A stretch of DNA of 64,000 nucleotides from NCBI GenBank assembly GCA_963662665.2, contig CAXXJS010000061.1, forward strand, positions 32,001-96,000, in the 5' to 3' direction. Made by a program: the position numbers and the translations under genes. This DNA comes from Candidatus Latescibacterota bacterium (GTDB taxonomy: Bacteria; Latescibacterota; UBA2968; GCA-2709665). Positions 1 to 9,872 of this stretch are shown here, in pieces (the first letter of the stretch is position 1; each line of letters opens with the position of its first letter). The notes under the pieces were generated by a model that was not told the DNA's origin, did no database searches, and saw nothing but the letters and a program-made list of their open reading frames with translations.

Positions 1-14
1 GCCAATGGACCGAG

Positions 15-326
15 GTGCTCAAGGTCGCCAGCGAGGTGCGACACCTGGCCCCGACACTGGCGGCGGGCACCCAGGTACGGCGCGTGCAGCTCGAGCAGGA
101 GGGCGACGCCATTCACTTCCTCGAGCGGCTGCACGACGGCGTCCACACCCTGATCGCGGTCAACGTGGAACCGGCCCTGGTCCTGGGCACGTGGCGGTTC
201 GACGGACCGGTTCAGCCCAAGGTGCTGTTCGAGGATCGCATGGCGCAGAGCGAGTCCAGTGAGTTCATCGATCTGTTCCTGCCACTGGAGGTCCACGTGT
301 ACCAGTGGACGGAGGCCCGAGAATGA
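15..326 (+). CDS. C-terminal part of a hypothetical protein (starts before the window)
   Basis: Open frame from the window edge ending ...PLEVHVYQWTEARE*, followed by an attC-like site. Confidence 0.6.
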   Translation: MLKVASEVRHLAPTLAAGTQVRRVQLEQEGDAIHFLERLHDGVHTLIAVNVEPALVLGTWRFDGPVQPKVLFEDRMAQSESSEFIDLFLPLEVHVYQWTEARE

Positions 327-343
327 ACCAGGGCTGGCAAATC

Positions 344-426
344 ATATGACACGCTCGTGCCCGGCTTCGGACATCCGCCCTTCGCGCAACCGCATTCGCG
401 GTTCGTGCACCGCGGGAACGTTAACG
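344..426 (+). other. attC-like recombination site (family A)
   Basis: ATATGAC...GTTAACG; interior GTGCCCGGCTTCGG...CGCGCAACCGC..TTCGCGGTTC nearly identical to the attC at 63395-63476. Confidence 0.8.
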
Positions 427-459
427 GAAATCGCCGCTCCCATCCCAAAGGAGGGAAAA

Positions 460-1773
460 ATGAAACTCTGGGTATTCACCTGCAGCGACAGCCCGTTCGA
501 ACACTGGCTCGACGGGTTCGAGGAGCGGTTCGACGCATGGGAGGATGGCGGCGTGAGGGGCTTGGCCGTCGGCCGCATGTCATTCCTCCAGGAGGATGGC
601 ACCACCATTCCGGCGTGGGCTCCCGACCCGAAGGTGTACGAGGCTCTCGGGGCGGAAGTCCCGGAGCAGCGTCCGCGCGACCTCTCGAAAGAGAAGAAGC
701 TGCACGCAATGCTGGACAATGCCGCGGAGCGGGGCTGGCGACTGCTGATTTTCGCCGGAGGCGGCCCGACCGCCCACGTGCAGGACCAGATGAACGCCTT
801 TCCACAGGTGCACGGCGTCGTTGTCGACGGTCCGGGCGAAAACCACTACGAGCTGGCCTTCCACCACGGGGGCGAACTCCTGGAGATCCGTCCGGGTGAG
901 GAGGCCCGGTTCGCCCAGGTCGGCGCCGAGATGGATCGAATACAACGCGGCATCACCCACTTTCGGGAGCGTCTGCACAATCTGACACCGGAAATGGTGC
1001 GGTACCACGCCGACGGGGGGATGCTGGGGGCAATGCTCCTGTTCGACGTCAACGAGGACGTACTCTACTGGCTGCGCAAGCGGCAGGAGCGCTCTCGCTT
1101 CGACTGGCAGTACATGCGGCAACAGGTCGACGCCGTCGACCGCAAGGTGGAGCTGGGCGGTATCCCGCGGGCCGTGTCGTGGTCATCGCTCACCGGACAG
1201 AATTACTGTCAGATGGCGGAGTATTTCGACTATATTTTTCCGAAACACTATTTTTGGCACCGCGGCATGGACGGGATGTACGGAACCATATCCCGCTGGG
1301 TAAGACGGTTGCGAAAGTGGAATCCGTCCTTGAGCGAGGCGGAGTGTTTCGCCGTCGTGAAGGCGCTGTTGGGCATCGAGCTGCCTGGTGTCAACTCGCT
1401 GATGGATATGGAGATGGGTTTCCCGGACGAATTCTTCTCCAGGGTGGTCTACAACGAGACTCGGCGGGCCCTGGCGGCCATAGGTGATCCCGACAAGGTG
1501 ATCGCCTGGGTGTCCACGGGTCGGCGCCCCCACGGCGGCGACCCGATGCAGGCGCGCGATCTCTACGGCATCCTGACTGCTTCGCAGGAGGCGGGGTTGA
1601 AGCGCTTTCTGTACCATCCCGAGCCGGATTTCGGGGCGGCGGAATGGACCATCATCTCGTCGATGTGCGGAAACCAATGGGATGAAGACGCCGGCGGGTA
1701 CTGGCCGACGGGGACCGACAAGCCAGGGTTCTGGGACGGCGGGCGCGAGGTACCCGAAGAGGGCCGAATATGA
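460..1773 (+). CDS. conserved hypothetical protein (possible TIM-barrel/glycoside-hydrolase-like)
   Basis: Long ORF, GGAGG RBS before ATG 460 (MKLWVF); no diagnostic motif recognised. Confidence 0.7.
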   Translation: MKLWVFTCSDSPFEHWLDGFEERFDAWEDGGVRGLAVGRMSFLQEDGTTIPAWAPDPKVYEALGAEVPEQRPRDLSKEKKLHAMLDNAAERGWRLLIFAGGGPTAHVQDQMNAFPQVHGVVVDGPGENHYELAFHHGGELLEIRPGEEARFAQVGAEMDRIQRGITHFRERLHNLTPEMVRYHADGGMLGAMLLFDVNEDVLYWLRKRQERSRFDWQYMRQQVDAVDRKVELGGIPRAVSWSSLTGQNYCQMAEYFDYIFPKHYFWHRGMDGMYGTISRWVRRLRKWNPSLSEAECFAVVKALLGIELPGVNSLMDMEMGFPDEFFSRVVYNETRRALAAIGDPDKVIAWVSTGRRPHGGDPMQARDLYGILTASQEAGLKRFLYHPEPDFGAAEWTIISSMCGNQWDEDAGGYWPTGTDKPGFWDGGREVPEEGRI

Positions 1774-1863
1774 GCAGGATCCTTGACTCGTTGCGGGAGC
1801 GTTTCCCGCGGGCGCGGACGATGGCCTGGTTCGACAACGCTCGTCCCATCCCGGAGATGTGAA

Positions 1864-2625
1864 ATGAAAGATTCCCTGTCATATTCCGTTGGGATAATTG
1901 CAGATATTCACGGCAACGTGGCTGCACTCAACGCTGTTATTGAGGATCTGCAAAGCCAACCCTACAATTGTCTGGTGGTCGCCGGCGACCTGGTGCTGAA
2001 CGGACCCCGCCCGGTCGAGAGCCTTGACGCGGTACGAAATCTGGGCGCTCCCACGATTTACGGGAACGCAGACCTGTTGGTCTTTGATGAACAGTATTCC
2101 GGGGAGAGACTGGACTGGGTGAGGGAGAAGCTGGGAACAGATGGCTTGAGCTATCTAAGGAATCTGCCCTTTGAGCACCGGATAACCCCACCCGGAGGGC
2201 AGTCTCCGGAGGATGATCTTCTCATTGTCCATGCAACGCCGACTGATGTGGCCGGTTTCTTGGTTCTTCAACCTGATCAGGATCCGTTCAGGCCTCTGAC
2301 CGTTACGCCAGACGAGGAGGCCGGGACACTGCTCGGGGATGCGATGGCCAATCTGATTGTGGCGGGTCACCTGCACTATGCGGCCAATGGCGTTCCGTGC
2401 GGTCAGCGGTATAGCATCATTGATTCAGTTGGGTTTCCGTTTGACGGGGATCATCGAGTCGGATATGCCAGCGTGTGGTGGGATGGGCAGGAATGGCATG
2501 TGGAGAATCACAGATTGAGTTACGATTACCACAGGGTTGTGGAGGATGTCAGGGGTTGTGGTGCGCCTTTTGGTGAGTTGTCGGCCCAAAGGATTCTTCA
2601 AACCAGATTCAGGCCGGTCATGTAG
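1864..2625 (+). CDS. metallophosphoesterase family protein
   Basis: IADIHGN, GDLV, GNAD, VHATP and GHLH motifs. Confidence 0.9.
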   Translation: MKDSLSYSVGIIADIHGNVAALNAVIEDLQSQPYNCLVVAGDLVLNGPRPVESLDAVRNLGAPTIYGNADLLVFDEQYSGERLDWVREKLGTDGLSYLRNLPFEHRITPPGGQSPEDDLLIVHATPTDVAGFLVLQPDQDPFRPLTVTPDEEAGTLLGDAMANLIVAGHLHYAANGVPCGQRYSIIDSVGFPFDGDHRVGYASVWWDGQEWHVENHRLSYDYHRVVEDVRGCGAPFGELSAQRILQTRFRPVM

Positions 2626-2633
2626 AATCAGAA

Positions 2634-2713
2634 GCCTGATGTTGCGCGCTGTGTGTCTGCCCGTGACAGGCTTCGCCGCGATGGGGCTGCCGGCGGTTAA
2701 CAGGCCGTTATGC
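2634..2713 (+). other. degenerate attC-like site
   Basis: GCCTGAT...GTTATGC between the stop at 2625 and the RBS of the next gene. Confidence 0.45.
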
Positions 2714-2740
2714 GAAGCAGCGGAAAGGAAATGAAGCGCC

Positions 2741-3397
2741 ATGCTGAAAGCCATTCTTTGGGACAACGACGGCGTCCTGGTCGACACCGAAGGCCTGTAT
2801 TTCCAGGCCTGCCGCGAAACCCTTGAACCCCTCGGCGTCCGCCTGAGCGAAGCCCGTTTTATCGAGTCCTTCCTCAAGGCCAGCGATGGTCTTACCAGGA
2901 TCGCCGCCGAACACGGCATTGACGAACAGGCGCTGGAGTCCGCCCGCATCTGGCGCAACGCCCGCTATACCGAACGCTTGCGCGCCGGCGTACCCGTCAT
3001 CGACGGCGCTCGCCAGGTGCTGCGCCAACTTCACGGCACCGTGCGCATGGGCATCGTCACCAGTTCGCGGCGGGAGCACTTTGAGATCATCCACGCCGCC
3101 ACCGGCCTGCTGGACTGCATCGATTTCACGCTTGTGCGCGAAGACTACCGGCATTCCAAGCCGGACCCCGAGCCCTACCTCACGGCCATGCGGCAAAACG
3201 GCCTTAGCGCCGCCGAATGCGTCGTTATTGAAGACTCGGACCGGGGGCTGCGCGCCGCACTGGCGGCCGGGCTGCGCTGCATCGTCATACCGCAGGGCCT
3301 GACGCGCGGCCTGGACTTCACCGGCGCCACGCGGCAACTGACCGATATCCGTCAGGTCCCACCGCTGATCCATGAACTGATGCAAACTCAACCCTGA
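2741..3397 (+). CDS. HAD family phosphatase (HAD-IA)
   Basis: WDNDGVLVDTE motif I, SKPDPEPY, VIEDS motif. Confidence 0.92.
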   Translation: MLKAILWDNDGVLVDTEGLYFQACRETLEPLGVRLSEARFIESFLKASDGLTRIAAEHGIDEQALESARIWRNARYTERLRAGVPVIDGARQVLRQLHGTVRMGIVTSSRREHFEIIHAATGLLDCIDFTLVREDYRHSKPDPEPYLTAMRQNGLSAAECVVIEDSDRGLRAALAAGLRCIVIPQGLTRGLDFTGATRQLTDIRQVPPLIHELMQTQP

Positions 3398-3582
3398 TTT
3401 ATCATTTTTCGGGGACGTTAATTCGCATATACGCAAGTGTATAAGGGCGATTTGAAGTCGGATTTCTAGGAACCTTCAGGTCGCTGGACGTGAACGGAAA
3501 AAATGTCCATTTCAATGACCGACTCGACCCAATTTGGAAAGACTTTTCGCGGCACCGCGTTGTTGCTTTTGTGTAATTAAGC
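3392..3582 (+). mobile_element. MITE copy 1 (191 bp, diverged)
   Basis: Homologous to five other copies; flanked by a perfect TCAA duplication (3388-3391/3583-3586); supplies the TGA stop of the HAD gene. Confidence 0.8.
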
Positions 3583-3601
3583 TCAATGCCGGGAGAAACC
3601 A

Positions 3602-5059
3602 ATGACGGACGAGAAAGCGGCCTTCCTATTCATTGACAATACGTTAATAGAGAGTCTCGACAACGTCGTGCAAGGGGTCGTATCCGCAAAGAAGGTTTCG
3701 CAACAGCCGCTGATTGAGAAGGATCGGGCCTGGGAAGAGGAGTGGCTGATGGGCGGCTACGTCAACGTCCTGTACGATGACGACGAAAATATCTTCAAGA
3801 TGTGGTACGGAGTGAGCAGAAGACTGAGCGAAGCGCGTGGCGACGTGGCGGACGGACTGGCCTACGCCGTGTCCCAAGACGGGATCCACTGGGAAAAACC
3901 CGTCCTCAACCTCGTCGAGGACAGCGGCAGCAAAGAGAATAACCTGGTTTTTCCCTTCTTGAGGTGGGGGGCCGGGACAGGAGTCATGAAAGACCCCGTC
4001 GAAACAGACCCAGCCAAGCGCTACAAGATGCTCTTTATGTTCCAGAGTGGAGACATGATATTTGCCGGCATAGTCCAGCCGGTCTGTGTGGCGTATTCTG
4101 CCGACGGGATTCATTGGAACGTGCCCCAACGCTGGCTCAACCCGGTCATTCCACAGGGCTCGGATACCCACCTGGTCGCTTATTGGGATGCGAAAATCCA
4201 CCGCTACGTCGTTTATCTGCGGGGCCGGCCTAACGTGCGCATCATTTGCATGGCCGAGAGCGATGATTTCGAAAACTGGACCCCGCGCAAGATCATCGTC
4301 GCACCCGATGAGCACGACCCCCCGCAGGACCAGGAGTTTTACGGCATGAGTTCGCTGGCGTATCGCGACTTTCGTATCGGCTTCCTGTCGGTGTTTCACA
4401 CGCTCCACGAGGGGTGGATCGCCCGAAACCGGATCGAAGATTGGATGCCCGAATGGATGAACCGGATGGACATTCAGTTGACCTACTCGAAGAACGGCCG
4501 GACCTGGCATCGGGCGGGCAACCGTGAACCCATTCTGGAATGTGGCCCCCGCGGTAGCCACGACAGTGGAAATGTCTATCCGTCTCACGCCCCCTTTGTC
4601 CACGGCGACGAGATCTGGGTCTATCACAGCTGCTCAAACGAATTGCACGGCGAGGGGACGCGCTACGGCGAAGAATCCCGGCGGGGAATCAATCTGGCAA
4701 AGGTCGAAAAGGATCGGCTGGTCTGTCTGAAGACGGAGGCGCAGGGGGTCGTGACCACGGTCCCGCTGAGTATCGAGCCCAATGCATTGTGGATCAACGC
4801 CGATGCGACCGGCGGGTCACTGCGAGTGGAGATACTCGATCCGTTTGATCGGGTCGTGCCGGGTTTTGGCAAAGAAGACTGCAGACTCTTCTCAGCGAAT
4901 GAAACAGAATACCGGGTACAATGGAAAAGCGATCCGCAAGGCGCAGTCGGGGATAAAGAGGGCGGGCTCGAAGAGAAGATGGTCTCACAGGCACGCGGGG
5001 GGATCAAGGTCAAAGTGTACCTTGACCGCGCCAGGCTATTTGCTCTTTATGCGTCCTGA
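3602..5059 (+). CDS. five-bladed beta-propeller glycoside-hydrolase-like protein (GH32/43/130-like)
   Basis: Repeated S.DGIHW Asp-box-like motifs (AYAVSQDGIHWEKP, AYSADGIHW, YSKNGRTW). Confidence 0.75.
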   Translation: MTDEKAAFLFIDNTLIESLDNVVQGVVSAKKVSQQPLIEKDRAWEEEWLMGGYVNVLYDDDENIFKMWYGVSRRLSEARGDVADGLAYAVSQDGIHWEKPVLNLVEDSGSKENNLVFPFLRWGAGTGVMKDPVETDPAKRYKMLFMFQSGDMIFAGIVQPVCVAYSADGIHWNVPQRWLNPVIPQGSDTHLVAYWDAKIHRYVVYLRGRPNVRIICMAESDDFENWTPRKIIVAPDEHDPPQDQEFYGMSSLAYRDFRIGFLSVFHTLHEGWIARNRIEDWMPEWMNRMDIQLTYSKNGRTWHRAGNREPILECGPRGSHDSGNVYPSHAPFVHGDEIWVYHSCSNELHGEGTRYGEESRRGINLAKVEKDRLVCLKTEAQGVVTTVPLSIEPNALWINADATGGSLRVEILDPFDRVVPGFGKEDCRLFSANETEYRVQWKSDPQGAVGDKEGGLEEKMVSQARGGIKVKVYLDRARLFALYAS

Positions 5060-5180
5060 AGCCATTTAGGGATTCAACAACCATCCACGGCGAATAAACT
5101 GTATCTGGCTTTTCAGCAACGAGTGGAACTTGCCGAACTTTCTCCCCAGAATCGCAAGTCAGGCCGTTCGGAGGTCCGCT

Positions 5181-6308
5181 ATGAAGTGGGAACTGCTGCA
5201 TCCGGACCAGGAGCAAGCCGAGGATGTACCCTGTAAGCGGGCGGCCTTCGGCGGAATGTTGAGCGACGATGGATCCGTCTACCTGTTCGGTGGGATAAAG
5301 GTGATGTACGGCCGGCCGCAAGGGCCTGGAGATCTTTCCGTCCAGGGCTCATTGAACGACCTGTGGCGCTACGACCCGGGTCGAGGCCGGTGGACGCGGT
5401 TGGAAGACCACGACGGGCGCATCGGGTTCAGTCCGTCCGATACCAGACCATGTACCCGGAAGCTCACGACCTGGCTGCCCGTGAACGGCAGGCTTTATCT
5501 TTTTGGCGGGTCTTCAGTGCGGGGTCCCGGCAAGCGGGAGATCAAGCTGAACGATCTCTGGGCCTACGATCCGAAGACAGCCTCGTGGGAGCTGATAGAG
5601 CCCGACGACGGGCGCGCATCAGGAATAACGGCGGATGGACATCGACCCGCCGGGTACGGCGGTATGGGGGCGGCCGTTCTGGGTGATAGCCTGTATCTGA
5701 TGGGGGGACATGGCGCGATGACGCACGCACAGCTGTGGACCTGCGAGGCATCGGCCGGGAAATGGGAGTACCTTGGGCCTGCATCGAATGGGCGCAACGG
5801 CTGGCCGCCGAAACGATACTGTCCCGTGCTGGCCGGCTGGAACGGCAGGCTCTACCTGTGGGGCGGTCGGGACAGTCAGAGTCGAGCGCCGGAGTTCTAC
5901 AACGATCTGTGGGAATACGATCCCGACGGAGGCGTCTGGACCTGCATTCAGGAGAACCGGGCGGATGATGATACACGGCCTTCCCCTCGGTACGGGCTGG
6001 GATACGCCGTGATTGGAGATCACCTGTATCTGTTCGGAGGATTTGCAGGAGGAGAAGGGGAGCATCCCCAGCTGAACGATCTGTGGACGTACGATCTTCG
6101 TGCCGGCCGGTGGGAATGTCTATGTCCGCACAACGGTGCGAAGGATTACTCTGCCGGCGCCGAACGTCCCGGTGTCAGGCGAATCCCCGTTATGACAGTG
6201 GAGGGCGAGTCCGTCTATCTCTTCGGGGGGCTGGACCTGGCGACCGGGCCGCACGGGGAGGGGCCGCTGGCGGCGTACAACGATTTCTGGCGCGGAACAC
6301 CGGGCTGA
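5181..6308 (+). CDS. kelch-repeat beta-propeller protein
   Basis: Repeated YLFGG ... LNDLW.YD....W units; GGAGG RBS. Confidence 0.9.
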   Translation: MKWELLHPDQEQAEDVPCKRAAFGGMLSDDGSVYLFGGIKVMYGRPQGPGDLSVQGSLNDLWRYDPGRGRWTRLEDHDGRIGFSPSDTRPCTRKLTTWLPVNGRLYLFGGSSVRGPGKREIKLNDLWAYDPKTASWELIEPDDGRASGITADGHRPAGYGGMGAAVLGDSLYLMGGHGAMTHAQLWTCEASAGKWEYLGPASNGRNGWPPKRYCPVLAGWNGRLYLWGGRDSQSRAPEFYNDLWEYDPDGGVWTCIQENRADDDTRPSPRYGLGYAVIGDHLYLFGGFAGGEGEHPQLNDLWTYDLRAGRWECLCPHNGAKDYSAGAERPGVRRIPVMTVEGESVYLFGGLDLATGPHGEGPLAAYNDFWRGTPG

Positions 6309-6324
6309 CAGGTTCATATAATTG

Positions 6325-6762
6325 CTATCGTATGGCCACGCTGTCGTCGGTATCAAGAGCGTCAGCAATCCGCTGCGCGTATCCCCTCATAAGTGGCGGT
6401 AGTGCGTCTCTGCCGAAGAATTCAAATCCATAGGTTTCCGGATTTGGTTTGAACTCGCCCTCCGCTGATTTCGCTAGAAAGACCAGCGCTACAACCTGAT
6501 ACTGTGGCCCCAGGTGAAGGTATAGTGAGTCGCCTGGGTCCGAGTATACGCCCGAAAGTCCACATATGTCTACCGCAAGCCCAGTTTCCTCTTCCACTTC
6601 TCGAAAAGCTGTATCGAGAATCCTCTCCCCAGGTTCCATAAATCCCCCGGGGAGAGCCCATTCGTTGTTGTCTTTGCGTTTGACTAAAAGGATCCAGCCT
6701 CGTTCATCGAGGATCACGCATTCGGCGACGATTTTGGGTGTTATAAGCTCCTTGAAAGGCAT
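6325..6762 (-). CDS. NUDIX hydrolase
   Basis: WALPGGFMEPGERILDTAFREVEEETGL Nudix box; AGGAGG RBS; only intact non-transposase gene on the minus strand. Confidence 0.92.
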   Translation of the reverse strand: MPFKELITPKIVAECVILDERGWILLVKRKDNNEWALPGGFMEPGERILDTAFREVEEETGLAVDICGLSGVYSDPGDSLYLHLGPQYQVVALVFLAKSAEGEFKPNPETYGFEFFGRDALPPLMRGYAQRIADALDTDDSVAIR

Positions 6763-6852
6763 TCTAACCCCTCCTCTTCAACAGACGGTGCTTTGCTTAT
6801 TTGGTTCCCAAGGGCTTACCAAGAGTGCCGTGAGCGAAGCGTTGGCTGACTG

Positions 6853-6909
6853 TAATAACACTGATTTCTTGTTTGATGCACGGCTCCTTTGGGGTCATCA
6901 CGGTTATGC
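6853..6909 (+). other. attC-like site (R' GTTATGC at 6903)
   Basis: TAATAAC...GTTATGC; 6903-6922 is 19/20 complementary to 7950-7969. Confidence 0.65.
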
Positions 6910-6924
6910 GAAAGTGAGTTCGGC

Positions 6925-7968
6925 GTGTTTAGAGCGGATCTCTTCCAGGCGCACCTGGAAAACTGGGAACTCATTCTGCAGGAGCGAACCGTTGAAGCCA
7001 TCGAACGGATCGCGTCTGTTCCTGGCGTTGGGGGTGTGATTCTTGGGGGTAGCATTGGGCGAGGAATGGCGTGGCCCATATCAGATATAGACCTCATCTA
7101 CATTACTACCAGGGCGGCGGACAACAGTCTTCCAAAGGCAGTGGACGAACTTGCGTTGTCCATCACAAGGGAGTGGGCTCGGGACACGTGGCCGACGTCT
7201 GTTGACGCAGGCCGACTCCATTTTACAGCCGATGAGGCGGACGACTTGATCAATGGCAAGCGTCACTTGGACAAGCTGATGGCCAATGAGAGGATTTTCC
7301 ATGCGACCGACAAAAGCCACCTCGGTCAATCAGTTCACGCGTCTGAGGATTGCGATACTCCTGCATTTGTTGCGCTACTTTCCGATGGTCGATTTGACCC
7401 ATCGGTTGTCCGGGCACGCCAAATCGAGCGAGTCAGACGTGTAACAAGGCTCGCCCATCGAGTGAAGTCACATCTGCAGGCAGGTCGTCTGAATGCAGCA
7501 GGGATCTCTATACAGGAACTCGCGCGTGTTATAATCCCATATCTGAAGGAAAGTTGGGGGCATGGAGATCGGTCCTTTGGGAGGGTTTTCACTCGCTTTT
7601 GCGTTCTGGCTCAGGAGCACCTGGAAGAAGGAATTGCGAATCGTCTCATTCGTCTGTTCTCTCTTACGGCGGATGAGGTAGAAGCACGGTACGCGAAGGC
7701 TCCAGCTAATGTTGTGGAGCGGCACATCACATCGTATCCATCCCGCCTGGCCGCGGGCGAGGAGGTCACGGAGCTCGATGACAAACGCGATGTCCTGTAT
7801 GCCTATACGTGGTATGCAGTTCGTTCTGGTGAAACTGGTTCGTGGCTCCTCAATGAGGACCTGCACAAGTCTCAACTCAAGTTGTCATTGGATCAAACAG
7901 CATCCATATGGGCCGAGGTGGTCTCGAAGGAGCCGGATTGCGTATCCAGCGAACTCACCTTCGCATAA
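6925..7968 (+). CDS. nucleotidyltransferase (Pol-beta/KNTase-like) domain protein, gene cassette
   Basis: ILGGSIGRG...SDIDL motif; stop codon lies inside the R'' box GCATAAC. Confidence 0.8.
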   Translation: MFRADLFQAHLENWELILQERTVEAIERIASVPGVGGVILGGSIGRGMAWPISDIDLIYITTRAADNSLPKAVDELALSITREWARDTWPTSVDAGRLHFTADEADDLINGKRHLDKLMANERIFHATDKSHLGQSVHASEDCDTPAFVALLSDGRFDPSVVRARQIERVRRVTRLAHRVKSHLQAGRLNAAGISIQELARVIIPYLKESWGHGDRSFGRVFTRFCVLAQEHLEEGIANRLIRLFSLTADEVEARYAKAPANVVERHITSYPSRLAAGEEVTELDDKRDVLYAYTWYAVRSGETGSWLLNEDLHKSQLKLSLDQTASIWAEVVSKEPDCVSSELTFA

Positions 7969-8099
7969 CACGAGCACCCACGGCTCCAGCCATCCGACCT
8001 CCGCCCAACCTGGCTTCGCCGCCCTTCTGGCGCCCCGGCCCCTGGCAACCGGCTTCGCAGGTTCGCAAATCGTGAGACCTTGGCGGACGTCGTTTAGGC
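7963..8099 (+). other. attC-like site (long)
   Basis: GCATAAC...TTTAGGC; contains GCAACCGGCTTCGCAGGTTCGCAAATCGTGA, shared with the attC at 61209. Confidence 0.7.
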
Positions 8100-8115
8100 G
8101 CAGAATGCGAACTGT

Positions 8116-8724
8116 ATGACGACGCCAGAGATTCCCTTCAGCCATTGGCAACCGTTGTCAGTCCGGGAATTGACGCAATTGTTCGCTGGCGCCCCTTTCC
8201 TGTGGGGACTCGCGGGTGGCTATGCGGTTGAACAGTTCGCGGGAAGGCGCGTCCGAGACCACGATGATATTGACGTTATCGTGTTCCGGGATCAACAACT
8301 CGACGTACAGCGATGGCTCTCAAATTGGCATCTTTACGCGGCAGATCCAGCTGGCTCATTGCGACCATGGGCGGAATCAGAGTACTTGCCTTACGGGATA
8401 TTTGACATATGGGGCCATACCGGCGTACGGGTATGGCAGCTTCAGATTATGTTAACTGAAAGCGAACGCGACAGGTGGTTCAGCAAGCGCAGCAGACTGA
8501 TAGGCGGGCAACGAGAAGATTTGATCGTTGCATATAGAGGTGTTCCCTGCATTCGGATTGAGGTTCAATTGCTTTACAAAGCAAAGAATCCTCGTTCGAA
8601 AGATGACCTGGACCTTGAAACGTGCCTGCCGCTGATGTCCGCCGAGGCAAAGAGATGGTTGGGGACCGGGTTGGAAGTTCTGTATCCTGAAGGTCATCGC
8701 TGGCAAAGTCTTCTGTCGAAATAG
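8116..8724 (+). CDS. nucleotidyltransferase, AadB/LinA-like (aminoglycoside-2''-adenylyltransferase domain)
   Basis: GLAGGYAVE..GR..RDHDDIDV motif; QLLYKAK..R.KD..D C-terminal motif. Confidence 0.8.
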   Translation: MTTPEIPFSHWQPLSVRELTQLFAGAPFLWGLAGGYAVEQFAGRRVRDHDDIDVIVFRDQQLDVQRWLSNWHLYAADPAGSLRPWAESEYLPYGIFDIWGHTGVRVWQLQIMLTESERDRWFSKRSRLIGGQREDLIVAYRGVPCIRIEVQLLYKAKNPRSKDDLDLETCLPLMSAEAKRWLGTGLEVLYPEGHRWQSLLSK

Positions 8725-8757
8725 TGGTCTGTATAGTCAGGCACGACCGAGATGCGC

Positions 8758-8844
8758 GCCAAAAGTACGTTTTGTGCAAAGGCGTATACGCTCCTTGGCC
8801 TATAATAATTCCTTCGGCGGTTCGGTAAGCGGCAGATGTTATGT
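8758..8844 (+). other. attC-like site (family B, degenerate R'')
   Basis: GCCAAAA...GTTATGT; interior TTTTG.GC...GGCGTATACGC.CCTTGG like 61209-61298. Confidence 0.65.
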
Positions 8845-8903
8845 GCAGTTGCAGTCCCGGAGCGACGCCTCCCTGCGCCCTGACCCAAATCCTGGGAATC
8901 CTG

Positions 8904-9677
8904 ATGCCCCGCCCTGATCTCAAAACCACTTTCAATACCGTTGCCTCGCTCTACGACGAAGTGAGGCCCGGATACCCTGATAAGCTTGTCAGGGATGTCC
9001 TGGATTTCTCAGGTATCGATAAAAGCGGGAAAATCCTGGAAGTAGGATGTGGAACCGGACAGGCTTCAAGATTATTCGCCGCCCACGGATGCGAGATGAC
9101 CTGTCTGGATATTGGCCCAGATCTGATCGAGGTCGCGAAGGTCCGACTCAACCACTACAGGAACGTTCGCTTCACCCTGTGTCCTTTCGAAGATTGGGAC
9201 TCGGCTTGCAAGTTTGACCTTGTAATCTCCGCGACTGCATTCCGCTGGGTGAGTCCGGGAGTCAGATTCATTAAAGCCCGTGACACCCTGAAGGCCAGGG
9301 GATCATTGGCTATCTTCTCCAACCAACACGTGAGAAAACTCGAGGGTTTCTTTGCGGAAGTCCAGGAAGTATACAACAAGCATTATGTCGTGTCAGATTC
9401 CCCTCGGGATCCCGGTACTCCGACGACATCAGAGTCACCGGAACCCGGAACTTCCGCTTTTGCCGATCCTATCCACCGAGTGTACGCGTGGACAGCGAGC
9501 TATTCAGCGGAACAGTACATCAAACTCATTGGCACCTATTCCGACCACGTCGCGCTGCCCGAATTCAATCGCACGCACCTTTTTGATGGTATCGCTGACC
9601 TCATAAACAAGAACTACGGAGGATCGATCACCAAGTACTACGAAACTGCTTTAGCATTTCGCAGAAAGAAAGCGTGA
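8904..9677 (+). CDS. class I SAM-dependent methyltransferase, gene cassette
   Basis: ILEVGCGTGQAS motif I; RPGYP; FDLVISATAF. Confidence 0.92.
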   Translation: MPRPDLKTTFNTVASLYDEVRPGYPDKLVRDVLDFSGIDKSGKILEVGCGTGQASRLFAAHGCEMTCLDIGPDLIEVAKVRLNHYRNVRFTLCPFEDWDSACKFDLVISATAFRWVSPGVRFIKARDTLKARGSLAIFSNQHVRKLEGFFAEVQEVYNKHYVVSDSPRDPGTPTTSESPEPGTSAFADPIHRVYAWTASYSAEQYIKLIGTYSDHVALPEFNRTHLFDGIADLINKNYGGSITKYYETALAFRRKKA

Positions 9678-9703
9678 TTGAAGTTTAAAGTATCAACCCG
9701 GTT

Positions 9704-9730
9704 CCGGCCTTGCCGTGCGTGCAAGGCCGG
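9704..9730. terminator. GC-rich hairpin (possible terminator)
   Basis: CCGGCCTTGC-7nt-GCAAGGCCGG perfect 10-bp stem after the stop; no clear U tract. Confidence 0.4.
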
Positions 9731-9753
9731 CGATTGACCGGGACTGCAACAAC

Positions 9754-9841
9754 ACGAAATACGACGGTCTGCGGCTCCGGTACGATTGCGCCTCCAATCC
9801 AACTCGCCTACGTCAAGCTCCAGCCCGATCGTACATTATCG
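9754..9841 (+). other. degenerate attC-like site
   Basis: Both ends defined by long complementarity to neighbouring cassette ends (9738-9760 vs 8838-8860; 9836-9853 vs 10837-10854). Confidence 0.65.
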
Positions 9842-9872
9842 GAAATAGACTCATTCGAGGGAGTCTCCAACG

